Virus record (IMG/VR): IMGVR_UViG_3300046167_000924
Coordinates: 96,001 to 160,000 of that record
DNA length: 64,000 nucleotides
Direction: 5' to 3' (one strand)
From: a virus
The position numbers and the translations under genes were made by a program. Shown in pieces: positions 16,941-27,112 of the stretch (its first letter is position 1; the number at the start of each line of letters is the position of its first letter). Under the pieces are notes generated by a model. It saw only the letters and a list, made by a program, of their open reading frames with translations. It made no database searches and was not told the origin of the DNA.

Positions 16941-17914
16941 ACCTTTGTAAATTCTACCGAATCAAAAGCCTTAATGCTATGTCCGCCAGCGTAACTAATT
17001 GCACTTTGAATATCTTCACTGATTTCTTCAAGCTTTCTCTCGTAGGTCATCCTATTATCTTCAATTGCATTTAGTTTGCCTTCTATATGGTTGAGACGCC
17101 CTTTGTTTTCGTAACTCGCCGAACCGTAATAACCTTTTAGATAGTCTCCATTAAATTTTATAAGCTTAGCTGGGCTATCTGTACACGCTGCAAATAAGCC
17201 TCCAGCCATAACCATTCTTGCTCCTGCAACTAAAGCTTTAGCTACATCTCCGTTGCAAGAGACTCCTCCGTCTGCTATAATTGGAATTTTTTCGCAATCT
17301 TTACCTTCAAAATCTCCGCTATATAAGTTGGAGCAAGATTGAGTACAAGAAAACATGGGTACTGTAAATCCAGTTTTGTCTTTCGTAGTGCAAGGTGAAC
17401 CTTGCCCGACTCCAACCTTAACCATATCTGCGCCCCACCGACTTAGATCTTTAACTGCCTGAGGTGTTGCAACATTTCCTGCAATTATTTTTGTATCAGG
17501 TAAATTATCTTTTACAAATTCTATCATTCTTTTCATTTTTATTGAATGACCATGCGCAATATCTATTGTTAAAAAATCTAATCTTAATTTATTGGTTCTT
17601 AATTTATGTATAATTGTTTTATCTTTATCTTGAACTCCTATACTAAAAGATATTGTTTTCCAATTTTCTTCGTTTGCAATTGCAATGTCTTCTGGTATAT
17701 CATTATTAAATCTATGCATAATATAGAAGTAATCATTTTCGCTCATCCACCTTGATAGATTAAAGTCTATTACGGATTTCATGTTAGCGGGAATAATTGG
17801 CAGTCTATATTGTTTGCCGAATAATTTGATTGATGCGTCGCAGTTATCTCTACTTTCGCATTCGCTGTAGTTTGGAACTAATGCTATATCAGAATATTTA
17901 TATGCTTCATTCAT
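16937..17914 (-). CDS. guaC: GMP reductase
   Basis: IIPANMKSVID, DIAHGHS, AGNVAT, KVGVGQGSPCTTK, IIADGG, AGGLF. Confidence 0.93.
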   Translation of the reverse strand: MNEAYKYSDIALVPNYSECESRDNCDASIKLFGKQYRLPIIPANMKSVIDFNLSRWMSENDYFYIMHRFNNDIPEDIAIANEENWKTISFSIGVQDKDKTIIHKLRTNKLRLDFLTIDIAHGHSIKMKRMIEFVKDNLPDTKIIAGNVATPQAVKDLSRWGADMVKVGVGQGSPCTTKDKTGFTVPMFSCTQSCSNLYSGDFEGKDCEKIPIIADGGVSCNGDVAKALVAGARMVMAGGLFAACTDSPAKLIKFNGDYLKGYYGSASYENKGRLNHIEGKLNAIEDNRMTYERKLEEISEDIQSAISYAGGHSIKAFDSVEFTKV

Positions 17915-18023
17915 TTAAAATCTTCATCTTCTTTTTGTTGTTTAATCCAAAACAATGCACCGAGTATCCCAAAGACCAAAAAATCTCCTGGAAAAAATTC
18001 AAATGTTGCTGCTAGAACTTCCA

Positions 18024-18569
18024 TTATCTAAACTCTTTCCTCAATAGTCTCCACCTGTCAGAGTCGATGGGCTTGCTCCCCCCATCTATCGCATAAAGCA
18101 TTTCAACAATCTCTTCGACGTTATTGTATATATATTTATGAGGGAACATTCCCAGCATCCACAGCGGAGTTTTTGCTTTACCCCCTTCCATGCTAACGAA
18201 AACAGGTTTTTTCTCTCTTACTGCTGTAACAATTTCTTCTGCACTTCCCCAGCTCGCAACTTCGGGAACTAAGTGAGCTATTATAAAGTCGCTGCGATCA
18301 ACTAAATTTAAATCATACGCTCTGACTGTTTTCATTCTATCTGTGACTCTATCATACTGCTTCGTTCGCATCCAGGTTTCCATTTCTTCGCGAGAAGCTT
18401 CGTCTTCTTCAACATCCTTTATGAAAGGTTTTTTATAAGGGTCGAAGCAGGTGATTGAGAGAGGGCTTAATTTCTCAGAAACCTCTTCTCTCCAATTTCT
18501 TCCGCTCACATATTGCATGTGACCTACTAAGTAACAACTTGTTTTGTATAATAGATTTTCTTCTTTCAT
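18024..18569 (-). CDS. nucleoside 2-deoxyribosyltransferase / nucleotide N-hydrolase-like
   Basis: YLVGHM, FDP, DLNLVDRSDFIIA, SWGSAEEI. Confidence 0.8.
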   Translation of the reverse strand: MKEENLLYKTSCYLVGHMQYVSGRNWREEVSEKLSPLSITCFDPYKKPFIKDVEEDEASREEMETWMRTKQYDRVTDRMKTVRAYDLNLVDRSDFIIAHLVPEVASWGSAEEIVTAVREKKPVFVSMEGGKAKTPLWMLGMFPHKYIYNNVEEIVEMLYAIDGGSKPIDSDRWRLLRKEFR

Positions 18570-18575
18570 GTATTC

Positions 18576-18604
18576 AGTATACAACATACTGAATTGAAAG
18601 TCAA
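18576..18604 (-). promoter_or_regulatory. sigma70 promoter TTGACT-N17-TATACT
   Basis: -35 at 18599-18604, -10 at 18576-18581, ATG at 18569. Confidence 0.75.
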
Positions 18605-18607
18605 GCT

Positions 18608-20032
18608 TTATCTTATTGCGTGAGTGTGAACTTTATATCCAGCAGATATATTCGCTCCAAAAAGTATGTGGTAAGATGAAGCTGTAACTCCTGATATAAT
18701 ATATGGCACAATCGAATCTTGGGTGGTTTCAATAGAGGCAGATACCGACGGCGGAGCGGAAAAGGGGCTTGAGAATGTTATTTCATGAGCGCTGCTTCCT
18801 GCAGTTAAAAAAGAAACAAAAGACTGTGCTTCTGTTTTATGTATTGAAGATTCTCCCGTCGCTCTTGCTGTAGTTTGAAGTTGATAATTTGCATTCGGTA
18901 GGCTTGAGCCGAAATTTATATGATAATCTGTTTCCGAGACGCCTGAAATTATAAATGGAATAATTGGGCCGCCCGAATCATTCTGAAGAGTAATATTTAC
19001 AATTGGAGATTCGTCAAAAGTTTTTGGAAAATCAATTTTATGAGATTGAACTCCTTCTAATAGATTTGTAGAAAAAGATATTGGTTCATCTTGAGAATTT
19101 GGGGAAACTTTTTTCCATTCCCCGCCCACACCTGTGACATATAAGTTTTCTATATATGCGTCCCCAGAAACAGAGAGCTGTCCCATGGGCGAATCTGTGT
19201 TTATTCCCAAGAATCCATCGTTTGTAATTCTAACTTTTTCTTGAGAGTTGACATCAAAACTAATAAAGTCTTCGGCAGATTCAGATAATTTAACTTTAGT
19301 TGAACCTCCTGCTTGCAAGCTAATTTCATCTTCTGAAAATTGAATAAAAGTGTCGGCGTCTTGGTGGTGAATAATTTTTTCCCCAACATACAAGTCTTCT
19401 GTTATTTCTATATTACCGTCTATAAATGCATTTCCTGTTTGGTTGTAATCTCCAGAGAGAAACAGATTTCCTTGTGTGACAACTCCGTTTTTAAAGAATG
19501 AATTTCCTGTGATAGATAGATTTCCTCCTTCTATAGACGCACCTTTAATTGCCACATCTCCAAGGAAAGATATATCTCCTGTTGCTTCTATAGTTCCTTC
19601 AAAAAAAGAATCTCCAATAACATGCAAAGAATATTCGGGCTCATTTGTTTTATCTACAAATCCAGATCCAACTCCTATATTTTCAAACAAACCTGTTTGA
19701 CCTACGAAAATATTTCCACTAATATCTCCTGTTTGCGTGACATCGATAACTTGGTTGAGGTATATTGTGTCTTGAAATGTGCAAGTGTCTGCAAAAGTTT
19801 TGTGGCCGCTTATAATTTGCGTGCCTGTTAGTCCTACAGAATTTGAAACTAAAGACTGTTTTAGTTTTTTATAGGTTATTTTTTCATTTCTTACCCCTGA
19901 CCTTGCAACCAAAAATAATGCTTGATCATCAAAATTTCCTGTTGGTAATGTTGGCGCAATTGAAAATTGATCAATATTAGAATATAGCAGACTAACTTCT
20001 GGTAAATTTGATATTCTATTGTCCTTATTCAT
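18608..20032 (-). CDS. virion fibre-like protein with two C-terminal H-lectin-like repeats
   Basis: Beta-helix-like GD-rich repeats; IDFPKTFDESPIV and ITFSSPFSAPPSV; paralogue of next gene. Confidence 0.6.
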   Translation of the reverse strand: MNKDNRISNLPEVSLLYSNIDQFSIAPTLPTGNFDDQALFLVARSGVRNEKITYKKLKQSLVSNSVGLTGTQIISGHKTFADTCTFQDTIYLNQVIDVTQTGDISGNIFVGQTGLFENIGVGSGFVDKTNEPEYSLHVIGDSFFEGTIEATGDISFLGDVAIKGASIEGGNLSITGNSFFKNGVVTQGNLFLSGDYNQTGNAFIDGNIEITEDLYVGEKIIHHQDADTFIQFSEDEISLQAGGSTKVKLSESAEDFISFDVNSQEKVRITNDGFLGINTDSPMGQLSVSGDAYIENLYVTGVGGEWKKVSPNSQDEPISFSTNLLEGVQSHKIDFPKTFDESPIVNITLQNDSGGPIIPFIISGVSETDYHINFGSSLPNANYQLQTTARATGESSIHKTEAQSFVSFLTAGSSAHEITFSSPFSAPPSVSASIETTQDSIVPYIISGVTASSYHILFGANISAGYKVHTHAIR

Positions 20033-20033
20033 T

Positions 20034-21473
20034 TTATGTTATAATTGAAGATGCTGCTCTAGAAGAAAAAGTGTGAATTTTATATTGAGAATTGATTTGT
20101 GCTCCGAATTTTATTGTATAATCGTTGGTATTTACACTAGATATTATATAAGGGACTATGGGAGATTCTGCTTCTATGGTTGTTGTAACCACAGGATTAA
20201 AGGCGAAGCTATTTGGGTAAGATATTGTATATTGCTGCTGACCCAAGGGCAAAGAGGTTGTGAATGTTTGCATGTGGCTTTGAGTATTATATGCAGAGCT
20301 CGAATTGGCAAAAACATTTGTATGAACAATGTAGTGCTGGCTAGTTGTTGCTTGACCCAATCTAATTTGATATTGTTTATCTGTGACGTCATATATAGCG
20401 AAAGGTATTATTACTTCTCCGTTTGAATTTTCTATTCTAATTGATAAAACTGGTTTGTCTTGGTATGTTCTTGGTAGTGCGATTGTATATTCCGACACAC
20501 CTTGCGGTAGTCTGGTTTTAAAACCTAAAGGTTTGTCTGCAGAAGAGTATAGCTTTCCAAAATTATTATAACCTTTTATATAAACACTTTCAATATAAGA
20601 ATTATTTCCTACGGACAGATTTCCTGTTTCTAGATTTGTGCCTATTTTAAGGTCTATGTTATCATTTATAGATATATTATTTTGATTATTTGTAACAAAA
20701 GATATTTCGTTTATATTATCATCTATAATTATTTTATTTTCTGTGCCTGCTGATAATGTAATTGAATTTCCTGTATATATTATATTAGAATCTACATCTT
20801 GAAGGTGATAAATATTTTCTACTCCTGTAATGTTGGAATAAACCGATAAATCTCCGTCTATATTCATGTCTCCAGTTTGAACAAAGTCTCCTGAATGTAG
20901 CGCTTGCCCTACTGTATATATGTCTTCATCGAAAGAAGCTGTACCTGTAGAAATTAATTCTGCAGCTATAATGTTATTATTTAAATTTAAGGTTCCTTGA
21001 AATAAGAAATCGCCAGAAATTGTAAAACTTCCATCGAAGAGAGTCGAGCCAGAAACATTTAACGCAAAAGACGGATCTGCTTGTTCTTGGAATTCTGGGG
21101 TGCCAATAGTTAAATTATCAAACAAACCAGATTCTCCGACAAAAACATAACCGCTAATGTCTCCCGTTTGGGTGATATCTAGCGTTTTATTTAATCTTGT
21201 TTCTCCTTGAAAAGTACAAGGGTCTGTAAAAGTTTTATGCCCGCTTATTAATTGAGCTCCCGTTAGATAGAGCAGGTTGTCTATAACGGATTTTTTAAAG
21301 TTAGGTAAGGATATTTTCTCATTATGAGATCTAGCTCTAGCTATCATTAAGAATGCATCGTTGTCCGAGTCGCTGATATTTGACTCGCCACTATTGTACA
21401 ATGTATTAAGTTGGAAATGCTCCGAAAATAATGCATCGCATTCGTTTAAATCTGAAATTCTATTATTAGGCAT
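20034..21473 (-). CDS. virion fibre-like protein, paralogue of 18608-20032
   Basis: Shared NRISDL, LTGxQxISGHKTFxDxCTFQ, QTGDISG motifs. Confidence 0.6.
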   Translation of the reverse strand: MPNNRISDLNECDALFSEHFQLNTLYNSGESNISDSDNDAFLMIARARSHNEKISLPNFKKSVIDNLLYLTGAQLISGHKTFTDPCTFQGETRLNKTLDITQTGDISGYVFVGESGLFDNLTIGTPEFQEQADPSFALNVSGSTLFDGSFTISGDFLFQGTLNLNNNIIAAELISTGTASFDEDIYTVGQALHSGDFVQTGDMNIDGDLSVYSNITGVENIYHLQDVDSNIIYTGNSITLSAGTENKIIIDDNINEISFVTNNQNNISINDNIDLKIGTNLETGNLSVGNNSYIESVYIKGYNNFGKLYSSADKPLGFKTRLPQGVSEYTIALPRTYQDKPVLSIRIENSNGEVIIPFAIYDVTDKQYQIRLGQATTSQHYIVHTNVFANSSSAYNTQSHMQTFTTSLPLGQQQYTISYPNSFAFNPVVTTTIEAESPIVPYIISSVNTNDYTIKFGAQINSQYKIHTFSSRAASSIIT

Positions 21474-21523
21474 AGCAGGCAATGTTTATTACACATAAAT
21501 GATAGAAATAGTGTAATCATCTT

Positions 21524-22642
21524 TTGATGACCCAATCAATTATTAATCGACTAACTTATGAGCGAATAGGTATTCTGTTAACAGATTCTCCAGCTTATAA
21601 AACTTCTGGGAGTATTTTCCATAATTTAACAAGAGTTCAAGATATAAACTATAGCTTTGCTCATCAATTAATTGATATTAAATCCGTAGGCTCTGACAAA
21701 CTGATGAAGAAGGATCAGGAGTCTCCGATGGTGCGCCAGCCAGAAGTTAATGTAGATATAAATTATTTATTTTCTCAATCTAAAAATGAAGAAAAAATTG
21801 GTTTATATGTTGGTGCTGATTATAGTGTTTTAAAAAATTTCTTTTCTAGTCAGACTGATGATATAAATATAATAATTGCATCTTCAAGAAACTCTGGAAA
21901 CGAAGATATTAATTTTCTTACAAATTTTTATGACTTTAATGTGGTTGGTGTTGGTAATTGTTTTTTAAGTAATTTTAGATACCAAGCTTCTGTTGGTCAG
22001 TTGCCTACTGTAGCAATAAGCTACAAGGGCAGCAATATGAAATTTGATCAATATGATCCTGCAAACAAACCCACTCTTCCAGCAATACAGCTCGGAATGA
22101 ATAATCAGGATTCGCAAGAAGAAATAACCCTAAATCAAGATAAATTTGGAGACGGTCTATCAGAGCAAGTTTCATCAATCGCCCCAGCAAATATATCAAT
22201 AGACATAACTAAAAAAAGCGGTAGTCACGGAGGTTCTCCAATAGAATCTGTTCATGCGGCGATTCAAAATATTAATATCGACCTACCTATTGAGCGGCAA
22301 GATATTTATGGATTTGGAAGCAATTATGTATTTGACAGAAAAATAAAACTTCCTATTATTGGGCAAACATCAATAGATATGATTTTAAGGGAGTATAGCT
22401 CTGGTGAAATTGACTCTTTTTTTCAACAAGGTGCAATATACGATATCACTATAACGCATTTAGATAGAAAATTTGTCGAGGGGTCTGAAGTTATAACCGC
22501 GCCCAATACAATTTTTAAAATAGAAGGCGCTCAATTAAGAGAGCAGGCCTTTCAGTCTTCTATAGGAGACTCAACCATGGTTAGCACCAACCTCTCATTT
22601 GAGGTTGGTGAAAAAGAAGGCTTGAAGTTATATACTGCTTAA
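21524..22642 (+). CDS. tail-tube-like protein (paralogue of major tail protein)
   Basis: RVQDINYSF; IQNINIDLPIERQDIYGFG...KIKLPI; SIGD shared with 22646-23926. Confidence 0.6.
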   Translation: MMTQSIINRLTYERIGILLTDSPAYKTSGSIFHNLTRVQDINYSFAHQLIDIKSVGSDKLMKKDQESPMVRQPEVNVDINYLFSQSKNEEKIGLYVGADYSVLKNFFSSQTDDINIIIASSRNSGNEDINFLTNFYDFNVVGVGNCFLSNFRYQASVGQLPTVAISYKGSNMKFDQYDPANKPTLPAIQLGMNNQDSQEEITLNQDKFGDGLSEQVSSIAPANISIDITKKSGSHGGSPIESVHAAIQNINIDLPIERQDIYGFGSNYVFDRKIKLPIIGQTSIDMILREYSSGEIDSFFQQGAIYDITITHLDRKFVEGSEVITAPNTIFKIEGAQLREQAFQSSIGDSTMVSTNLSFEVGEKEGLKLYTA

Positions 22643-22645
22643 GTA

Positions 22646-23926
22646 TTAAGCGAAAGTATCTTCTATATTTAAAGCATTTCTTGAGCCAGAAATAAATATT
22701 CCTCTTGCGAGATCTTCTGGGCCACCTAGTTGAGCTGTAAATGTTAAATCTACACTCTTGTTGTCGCCAATTGAAGAACTGAAAGATTCACCTTCTAACT
22801 GTGCAGCACCAACGCGGTATTGCATAGCAATCGCTCCAGTTCCATATTGGTCTGGCTCTCTGAGGGTGAAAACTAAATCATGCTCTTCTTGATCAAATAA
22901 AATGTCTGTAACATTCCCAGCTTTAAGTTCTGATAAAATAGCGCTAACCGAAACGCTGATATTTACTGGAAAGTCTACAACTTTACTGTACCCATAACTA
23001 TTTCCTAACCTTTGGAGGGTAGTTCTTGAGATCGGCACGTCGATACTAAAGCTTTGAATGTGGGCAGAACCCGAACCTTCGTAATCTTGCCAAGGCTCTT
23101 TTGATGGAAGGAGTTCAAATCCCCCAGCTCTTCCGTGACCAAGAGACATACTAATGTCTCCTGGGCGAAGACAAGATATTCCTTCGTCTGTGTCTGATGT
23201 TGGAACATCTGTCACTCCACTTATTGCATCAGGTACTGAAAACTCTATACCATCAATAGGTGTTCCAAACTGAGTGTTAATCGCTGGAGTGTCTAAATTG
23301 TCGCTTCCTATATAACTTTGAAGATTAAGCCCTTCGATTGTAACGCTGGCTGTAGGCATACTTCCGACAGAAGCTTCCATTGAGTAATTTGTTACATAAC
23401 CGTTTCCTAATGCGATTACGTTCTTTTCGCTAGAGGCGCTGGAATTTCCTACTGCATCACTTCCTTGGGGAGTTGTTAATATAAAGAAATTATGTCCATC
23501 TGGATTTGCGTTTGAGGTCGCACCACCCAAGAGCACTTCGGGTGGGAATGCACTGTTTTGACCGTCAACATTCATTCCTAAGATTTTTTCGTTCACTCCA
23601 TTTGTCAAGTAGTACGAAAAGTCTAAATTAACTGTTGGGGGATCGATTGCTACTGAATCGATTCTTGCGAGCTGACCAAATTGATTAACGTCTTGCCTAT
23701 TAATTGTAAAACTATAGTTTGCGCTTTGAACTCTTCTGAGTTGTTGAATTCCGTTTTTTACGTCTCCGCCTCCCGCTGCAAGGGTTGTAGCTTCTCCATG
23801 TGTTGCTACTCCAGAATAACCTGCAGAATTTAGACCTGAAACTGTGAAGTGATACCCAGTGGCATCAACTGTTCCCGCGTATAACGCTTCGCTTTGATAA
23901 ATTACTCGTGCTCTTGAATTTGACAT
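22646..23926 (-). CDS. major tail tube protein (putative)
   Basis: RVIYQSEALY, RVQSANYSFTINRQDVNQFG, SRTTLQRLG...DFPV, SSIGDNKSV; upstream of tape measure. Confidence 0.65.
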   Translation of the reverse strand: MSNSRARVIYQSEALYAGTVDATGYHFTVSGLNSAGYSGVATHGEATTLAAGGGDVKNGIQQLRRVQSANYSFTINRQDVNQFGQLARIDSVAIDPPTVNLDFSYYLTNGVNEKILGMNVDGQNSAFPPEVLLGGATSNANPDGHNFFILTTPQGSDAVGNSSASSEKNVIALGNGYVTNYSMEASVGSMPTASVTIEGLNLQSYIGSDNLDTPAINTQFGTPIDGIEFSVPDAISGVTDVPTSDTDEGISCLRPGDISMSLGHGRAGGFELLPSKEPWQDYEGSGSAHIQSFSIDVPISRTTLQRLGNSYGYSKVVDFPVNISVSVSAILSELKAGNVTDILFDQEEHDLVFTLREPDQYGTGAIAMQYRVGAAQLEGESFSSSIGDNKSVDLTFTAQLGGPEDLARGIFISGSRNALNIEDTFA

Positions 23927-23991
23927 AATATTGAAATGATAGGATTAATTTCTGTTGTAAGTTACATTTTTTATACAGGAAAGGGAAATTT

Positions 23992-24840
23992 TTATGATCT
24001 TGGAAATCTTAGATTTGTTATTTCAAAATCAATAAAACCAACAAAAAGAGAGGCATCTACATTTTTACTCACTCTGTCGCTTAATTTAGAGGCTCTCGCT
24101 TCTTCTATATGAAAAAAGTTATTTGCTTTGCTATTTACCAAGTCTTTATAATTAAATCCTGTAATATCTCCGTATTCTGTGAGCGGGTAATCCGAATAGT
24201 CTAATTTTTTAAAAACTTCGTTTTTGGAGTCTGTGAAAGCTGATAGCGCTCCATCTAGTTGGTATGTATTCTCAGCAAAAACAACGCATCTTATATTTGT
24301 TGTTGTTTTATCTTCCCCTCCGAATGCAAATGGTTCGTTTTCAATCAATTCTGGGTTTACAAAAATAGCTGGAATAACTTGAGTGTGTGGCGCTATTCCT
24401 GATAAATCTTGCTTGAATCTTCCGTTGGAGTCGAATTTGCTTTCTATTATCAATTGCTCTTCTGTTTGGTTTGTGATGTACCAATTAAATTCTTTTACTG
24501 AATATTGTCCGCTAAGTGTTGTATTATTTGCGCCGAATGATGAGTCAAGAATAACTCTACCGTCATCAAAGTCAAGTATCAATCCATTATCTCCTCTTTC
24601 TAGCCTCGCTCCATTATTGTAAATACCGCTTGGAATATTGGCCCCATCAATGCTTTCGTCAAATACCCACTGTTTGTGAGGGCTACTATATGTTACAAAT
24701 GCATCTCCAAGTTGGTCGTCAACACCCATAGGATATAATGGTGATACATAATTTTGAAAAGCTTCAGCCTTGTCTGTAATAAAATTATCCGCCCACAGCA
24801 TAAAGCTTGTCGTTAGTTCGTGTTGGAATTGCGGTTTCAT
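23992..24840 (-). CDS. tail terminator/completion-like protein
   Basis: Position and IPAIFV...NEPFAFGG motif. Confidence 0.45.
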   Translation of the reverse strand: MKPQFQHELTTSFMLWADNFITDKAEAFQNYVSPLYPMGVDDQLGDAFVTYSSPHKQWVFDESIDGANIPSGIYNNGARLERGDNGLILDFDDGRVILDSSFGANNTTLSGQYSVKEFNWYITNQTEEQLIIESKFDSNGRFKQDLSGIAPHTQVIPAIFVNPELIENEPFAFGGEDKTTTNIRCVVFAENTYQLDGALSAFTDSKNEVFKKLDYSDYPLTEYGDITGFNYKDLVNSKANNFFHIEEARASKLSDRVSKNVDASLFVGFIDFEITNLRFPRS

Positions 24841-25463
24841 TAAAAATAAGACTTGGACACTCTTGACGCGTCAATTGAATTTAAATTTGTTTCGAATTTA
24901 GATAGTAACTCTTTTACGTAAGAAATTCTAACTCTTCCGCCTTCTGGTCGACTTGTGTTTTGAAAACCCGCTCCAGATCTACTCGAATTAATTGTTTTGT
25001 GCATATATTGTCCAAGGTTAGGTATTCCCCTACTTTCTAATTCCTGAAGCCAGCTTGAGCCTGTTGCCCAAGGCATTGGTGTTGCGGCATATATATCTCT
25101 GCTTGAAGGCGCAGTAATAATATAAGTCCAAATAAAACCGCTTTTTCCCATTTGTCTTCTTTTTGTTATAATTTCTATATTACTTAATAATTTTTCTAAA
25201 TTTTTTATTGGATCTTCTCCTCTATCAAATCCTATAAATCCAAATAAATTGCCCTGCGGTAGTGATCCTGTTATGTTTGAGCTTCCTGATCCACCTTTTA
25301 ATTCTCTTGTAACTGGATGCGATTCGAATTCGCTGATAAATTTTTTATGAACAATATTAAATTGTTGTTGTATTATTTGGTGACCCTGGGAAATGAGTTG
25401 TCGATCTTTCGCAACTTGACTTCTAATTGAGTTTCTTAGCGATCTACTGAGTGGACTGGCCAT
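24840..25463 (-). CDS. neck/tail completion protein (putative)
   Basis: Synteny within the head-tail module. Confidence 0.4.
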   Translation of the reverse strand: MASPLSRSLRNSIRSQVAKDRQLISQGHQIIQQQFNIVHKKFISEFESHPVTRELKGGSGSSNITGSLPQGNLFGFIGFDRGEDPIKNLEKLLSNIEIITKRRQMGKSGFIWTYIITAPSSRDIYAATPMPWATGSSWLQELESRGIPNLGQYMHKTINSSRSGAGFQNTSRPEGGRVRISYVKELLSKFETNLNSIDASRVSKSYF

Positions 25464-25923
25464 TTGTCTCGATTGGTCTAAGAAATAAAGTTACAAACTG
25501 AATAACATCAAATAATCCATGAGGTCTTGGGTCGGACTCTATGTGAAACATTCTTCCGTCAAACTCCATTCTTTTTGCAGACTTTATGTATTCATAATCT
25601 TCGATTTTTAGTTTTATTCGAACCATACTATTTGGGTCAGGTCGATTAACCTTAACTTGAGTATCGGTTTCTCCAAAGTATTCTAAACTTCTGTCTGTGT
25701 CGTAACGAATTCTAGCTTTAAAAACTTTGCGAACTGGTACATTTTGAACATTAGGAGTTGTGCTTCCAGCGTTCCTATATAAATAGTTGTAAGATGGGTC
25801 TGTACTAACAATAACCTTTTGGGCTTCTTTATATACAATAATATCTCTTCCAAAAGTATCGTGAAGATCTAATAAGTTTGCTGCAATGCTTGCGCGCTCA
25901 GAGGATGAAAGAAATTCTGCCAT
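25444..25923 (-). CDS. head-tail adaptor/stopper-like protein
   Basis: FGRDIIVYK...FKARIRY...RMEFDGRMF beta-rich pattern. Confidence 0.5.
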   Translation of the reverse strand: MAEFLSSSERASIAANLLDLHDTFGRDIIVYKEAQKVIVSTDPSYNYLYRNAGSTTPNVQNVPVRKVFKARIRYDTDRSLEYFGETDTQVKVNRPDPNSMVRIKLKIEDYEYIKSAKRMEFDGRMFHIESDPRPHGLFDVIQFVTLFLRPIETNGQSTQ

Positions 25924-25995
25924 GCATCCTTTTACACTAAACAATATTTTTTGTGTATAGATTTATAAGGTATAAGGATTTACAACTAATAATAT

Positions 25996-26283
25996 ATGGA
26001 CGCAGAAAACATTTTCAAAAAATGTTATCACAGGAATACGGTTTCCCTCTTTAAGGGTTTCCTCGTTATGCTTGAGGATTTACATAAAGAACATCAAATT
26101 AATTTTGATAAATTAAAAACGCATCTTCCTGAAGGTTGTTTACCTATCGTAGATCAAGCTGATTACTTCGATGAAGAAAAATTACAATATCTAAGAAAAA
26201 GGACTTTAGATATAGGTAACGAAACAATTAGAAATATCGAAGGAGAATTAGATAATTATACTATAGAGTTTACATTTAAATAA
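25996..26283 (+). CDS. hypothetical protein
   Basis: 95-aa ORF. Confidence 0.75.
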   Translation: MDAENIFKKCYHRNTVSLFKGFLVMLEDLHKEHQINFDKLKTHLPEGCLPIVDQADYFDEEKLQYLRKRTLDIGNETIRNIEGELDNYTIEFTFK

Positions 26284-26291
26284 TAATTATT

Positions 26292-27107
26292 ATGGCAGAA
26301 GCAACAATAGAAACACAAACAATGGATGATACTCGCAAAAAGCTGCGAGAAATTTATAGCTTTACTTTTGAGAAAACAGAAAAAGTAAAAAGAACCGAAA
26401 CGAATACAGTCAAGAACGAAGAGACTGGTGAATCAGAGGAAATCACTGTAACAAAAGAAGTTTCTGAAGCTATTCCTTATAGGGTTGTAATGAAGCAACC
26501 TACGCGCCGCCAAATCGAAGAAGCAGAGCTTGAGTTTAGCGTTGAAATGAGTAATTGTATTAAGAAGGGAATTCTAACAAAAGCAATGCTCGCAAAAAAA
26601 TATAGCGACACAGGTGGACTTCTTGCTGAAGAAGACGCAAAGGCTTTAACAAAAATGTATGTAAACTACGGCGAACTTTCTCAAGAGAGCGAAAAAATTC
26701 AAATCAAAAGCGTTCAAACTGAAAAAGATGAAGCTCGTCTCAAAGAAATTTCTGGCGAGATTGCTATTTTAAGAAAAGATATTGTTAATGTTGAAACATC
26801 ATATTCTAATTTATTTAATCATACTGCTGATGTACGAGCTGAGAATAAAGTTATTCAATGGTATATATTGCATCTTACTTTTATACAGAAAGACGCCGAA
26901 GATGATTTGGATCCATTGTTTGAAGGAAATGATTTTGAGCAAAAGCTGCAAACATATTATGATCTAGAAGAACAGGGTAGTGACTTGTATGATTTGGTTG
27001 GCGGAAAAATTGCAGCACTATTTAGTTTCTGGTATTACAGTTCTGGCGCAGTATCAACCGCTGACTTCGAAAAGCTTGACAACGACATCGAAGAAGGTAA
27101 TGTTTAA
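26292..27107 (+). CDS. putative tail assembly chaperone
   Basis: Acidic helical protein two genes before the tape measure. Confidence 0.45.
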   Translation: MAEATIETQTMDDTRKKLREIYSFTFEKTEKVKRTETNTVKNEETGESEEITVTKEVSEAIPYRVVMKQPTRRQIEEAELEFSVEMSNCIKKGILTKAMLAKKYSDTGGLLAEEDAKALTKMYVNYGELSQESEKIQIKSVQTEKDEARLKEISGEIAILRKDIVNVETSYSNLFNHTADVRAENKVIQWYILHLTFIQKDAEDDLDPLFEGNDFEQKLQTYYDLEEQGSDLYDLVGGKIAALFSFWYYSSGAVSTADFEKLDNDIEEGNV

Positions 27108-27112
27108 TATGC

